From Podarcis erhardii (Eukaryota), in NCBI GenBank assembly GCA_964252035.1, contig OZ176204.1: DNA of 64,000 nucleotides; one strand, 5' to 3'. The notes beneath the pieces were generated by a model. That model was given only the letters and a program-made list of their open reading frames with translations, was not told where the DNA came from and did not search any database. A program made the translations under genes and the position numbers. Positions 61,049 through 64,000 of the stretch are shown in pieces. Each line of letters begins with the position of its first letter. The stretch's first letter is position 1.

Positions 61049-63306
61049 TCACGTGTACTCAGTCTTCCGAATGTAGCTGGACGGCACGTAGCCCCTCTTC
61101 CCGTGTGCCTCTGCCAACCACCACTCCTGGTTCCCTGCGATGTCTTCGAACTGCAGAATCCTTAGTCTCTGATTGGCGGTGACGCTCAGTTCATTTGAGT
61201 TCCGTCCCGTAAAAGTGTAAACAGCATAGTAGACCTCAAAGTAGAAAGAACAGGGAAGAGATCAGTGGAAAAGTAGGAAGAAAGATGCTACACCATTCAA
61301 AGCCCCACAGAACAAGTCCCAGGCTGTCCCCCCCCTTTTTTTTTTACACTGTAAGCACCTGCTTTGGGAATTTTGTTGTCAAATTGAAAAGCGGGCTAAA
61401 AATATCTTAGCCCATACAATATGAATATATAAAGTCCCAAGAATTAGCTGTACTGAATTAGATGGAACAGAACTCACTCTGGGCTTCCAATACAGTGGTA
61501 CTTCAGGTTACATACGTTTCAGGTTACAGACTTGGCTAACCCAGAAATAGTACCTCAGGTTAAGAACTTTGCTTCAGAATGAGAACAGAAATTGTGCAGC
61601 AGTGGCGCAGCGGCAGCAGGAGGCCCCATTAGCTAAAGTGGTGCTTCAGGTTAAGAACAGTTTCAGGTTAAGAACGGACCTCCAGAACGAATTAAGTTCT
61701 TAACCTGAGGTACCACTGTATGCTCATTTTCAGAGGAAGCCTTGGTTGTGCCAGCTAGCCAGTCGAATTAGAAATGGCCCATTAACAGAGACAGAAATAT
61801 GCCTCTTCCCCACTCACCTGGTTCCCCTTAGACTCGCTGGTCCTCGGCCTCAAGTTGCCATTCTCCAGCAAAGGTGTCGCCCTGGCCTTGGGCCGGGCCG
61901 GAAGCCCATTGCGTGGGTCAGGGTTACTGTATCGGCGGGATGCCGGAATGGCGCGGGGGGGCTGAGCAGAGTCTACAGGACCTGTCTTAGGTTGGTCAGC
62001 AGCATCCACCTCTGAAAGGGCCTGCAGGGAGCTCATTAAATCCCCTTGGAAGCCAGAGTCCTGCGGAGGTTTCTGAGGGCTGTTCGCAGATGCGTTGCTC
62101 ACTATGCTGTTTGGCGTGCTGCTGCCACGAGATGAGGAGCCGCTGTGCTCGGATTCACTTGAGGAATGGCTGCCCACAGAAACATTTGAGTGGCTGCATC
62201 GTGGGTTGTATGGCTTCAGGAAGGAGCTGTACACAAAGCCCTTGGTCACTGTAGAGGGAAGGTCAGAAATCAGAAGCACAGACAGGGCATGGCCAGTGCG
62301 CTGGGAAACAGCTGCATCAGGTGTCTCCCAACACCAGATTTCGGTATCATTGTGGACACTGGACCAACACTGAACTGGGGAGGTGGAGAATGTGCACTGC
62401 TGCTGTGCGCGCATAAAAAGGAAAATACTTGTGGCATTTTTAAAGCCATGTGAAAGGAAAAGAACTGGGGCCTGTAGGGACTCAGCAGCCTGCTTAGCAG
62501 TAAATATAGCTCCTGAGACCACTAGGGAGAGTGATAAGCAGCTGTCATTAAAAGAGGAATTTGAAGCTCTACCAGAGTGACTTTGATTGATATCTGGAAA
62601 GAACAGGTGGTTCCTTTAGAAATTAAAATAAGTGCACTTAGCGCCAGATTGGGCGGGAGTGTGGAACCCGCACAAATTAAAGAATAGATACAGAACAAGC
62701 TCCTCCGGACAGGAGGTGTCTCACGGTTTGCCTGGAGCCCGAGAGAGGCCTCCACTCACCTCCATTGTCAATGAGCCAGCGGTTCTGACTGCCCATGGGG
62801 TCCTTCTTCTTAAGCACCCCCACCAGGTCACCCTCCAGCAATGAAATGTCCAACTCTTGAGCGGCGTTGACGTTGCGCTCAGCCTGGAAGAGCTTGTCGG
62901 GGGGGTACCGAGACAGCAAGGCGGCGCGGAGGTCGTCCGACTGCAGCATGTAGCTGGGCTGCGAGGGAAGCGAAAGCACCAAACAGTGATGGGGAAGGCG
63001 ATGCAGTGACACACAGTGCTCTATGCCTGGCCCTGGTTCCTCAAGCCAAGGCCGCCCACCACAGGACAGTGCCCATGTTGAATGAGGAGTCCCCCGCCCA
63101 TCGTTGCCCCCACAGTTGCTCACCATTCCCAGAAGCGGCTGCCTCCGTGCTGACTGGCGCTCCAGGCTTTTCCTCTCAAAGGGCTTTTTGGCAGCGGGGG
63201 TGCTCTCGGGGAAGAAAGTGAAGACCTGCAGCTGCTGGAGGACGCGGCTATGCTCTTCCTGGAAGATCGCAACCAGATTGCCCTCTTTGCCAACCACCTG
63301 CAGCAG
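61049..63306 (-). CDS. DNMBP: Dynamin-binding protein (Tuba), 5'-partial: last 4 exons encoding the end of the BAR domain and two C-terminal SH3 domains
   Basis: Minus-strand exons 63306-63124, 62958-62760, 62248-61818, 61234-61049 (TGA), phase-consistent. SH3 motifs [32 protein letters not shown] and [25 protein letters not shown]. Confidence 0.95.
61493..61718. mobile_element. Tc1/mariner-type MITE, intact ends, 226 bp
   Basis: TA+CAGTGGTAC...GTACCACTG+TA; internal CAGGTTAAGAAC repeats; in the last DNMBP intron. Confidence 0.9.
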
Positions 63307-63545
63307 CTAGGAGAGAGGAGGGAGGCAGGGCCATCAGAACAGTGGAAACGGGGAGCCCGGCTAGGCACAAGAGACAGGCCACTATGAAGCCGTGCTCCAG
63401 GAAGGGAAGACCCAGAGACAGCTCTAGAAACCCAGGACCTGGTGCCTTCTTTTCCTTACTAATAGAGCCCATTATCAAGAGTTATGTCCTGTGTCAAGAT
63501 CCTCATCCCAAGGAGCCTTCCATTTCAGAGGGCCTGTAAGGGAAG

Positions 63546-63730
63546 GGCTATAGCTCAGGGGCAGAGTACATGCTTCGGATACAAAGGGTCACAGGTTCAA
63601 TCCCTAACATCTCCAGGTAGTGCTGAGAAGGGCTCCAGCCTAAAACCCTTGAGGGCCACTGCCAGTCAACGTAGATAATACTGAGCTAGATGGACCGATG
63701 GGTCTGACTCAGTATAAAAGGCAGCTTCCT
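63546..63730 (+). mobile_element. tRNA-derived squamate SINE
   Basis: A-box TAGCTCAGGGGCAG at 63551 and B-box GGTTCAATCCC at 63594; 3' region CTAGATGGACC...CTGACTCAGTATA. Confidence 0.7.
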
Positions 63731-64000
63731 TTGCTCAGCAGTGCCTTCCTGTTGCCATTTCCCCCAGTGGCATTTACAGCCTGGGGCAAAGAATAAACTC
63801 ATGGGAATTCAGAGATTGTTTAAGGCACAACGGTCACTCACAACCATCGGACTAGCGGAGGGGATTTGAGGATAGAAGGTCCAAAGGCACTAGAGAGAGA
63901 AAGCAACAGCCAATATGAAATCCCAGCACAGAAGGCAACTTTTAAAGAGCACTGTGCTGACCTAGTGTGTGCCTTTTCTTCTCCCCTGCCCCCAACTGGA

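Noticed and set aside
61782-62522. 246-aa ORF as a standalone protein
   Set aside because: Only 62248-61818 is a DNMBP exon; the rest is open intronic sequence flanked by canonical splice sites.
63546-63610. tRNA gene (also considered at 18600-18653 and 43423-43480)
   Set aside because: A and B boxes are present but there is no full cloverleaf, and each continues into a SINE body.

Overview
This is vertebrate genomic DNA, almost certainly from a lacertid lizard (Podarcis-like, judged from a near-full-length Sauria SINE and squamate MITEs). It is not prokaryotic, so most entries in the ORF track are exon fragments or noise. Manual splicing (GT-AG, phase-consistent) gives six genes: ENTPD7 (+, last 8 coding exons), ATP6V0E2 (-, complete, 3 small coding exons, absent from the ORF track), COX15 (-, complete, 9 exons, 406 aa), CUTC (+, complete, 9 exons, 267 aa, head-to-head with COX15), ABCC2/MRP2 (+, complete, 32 exons, 1562 aa) and DNMBP (-, last 4 exons). 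The ENTPD7-COX15-CUTC-ABCC2-DNMBP order matches human 10q24 as I recall it, but here an intact V-ATPase subunit e2 gene sits between ENTPD7 and COX15; paralogon logic suggests this is the ancestral position. The introns carry hAT and Tc1/mariner MITEs with intact TIRs and TSDs, SINEs and LINE relics. One 890-bp pogo/Tc2-like element in ABCC2 intron 3 is built largely from tandem hairpins whose stems co-vary while their loops stay nearly constant. Comparisons with human genes are from memory, not from a database search.
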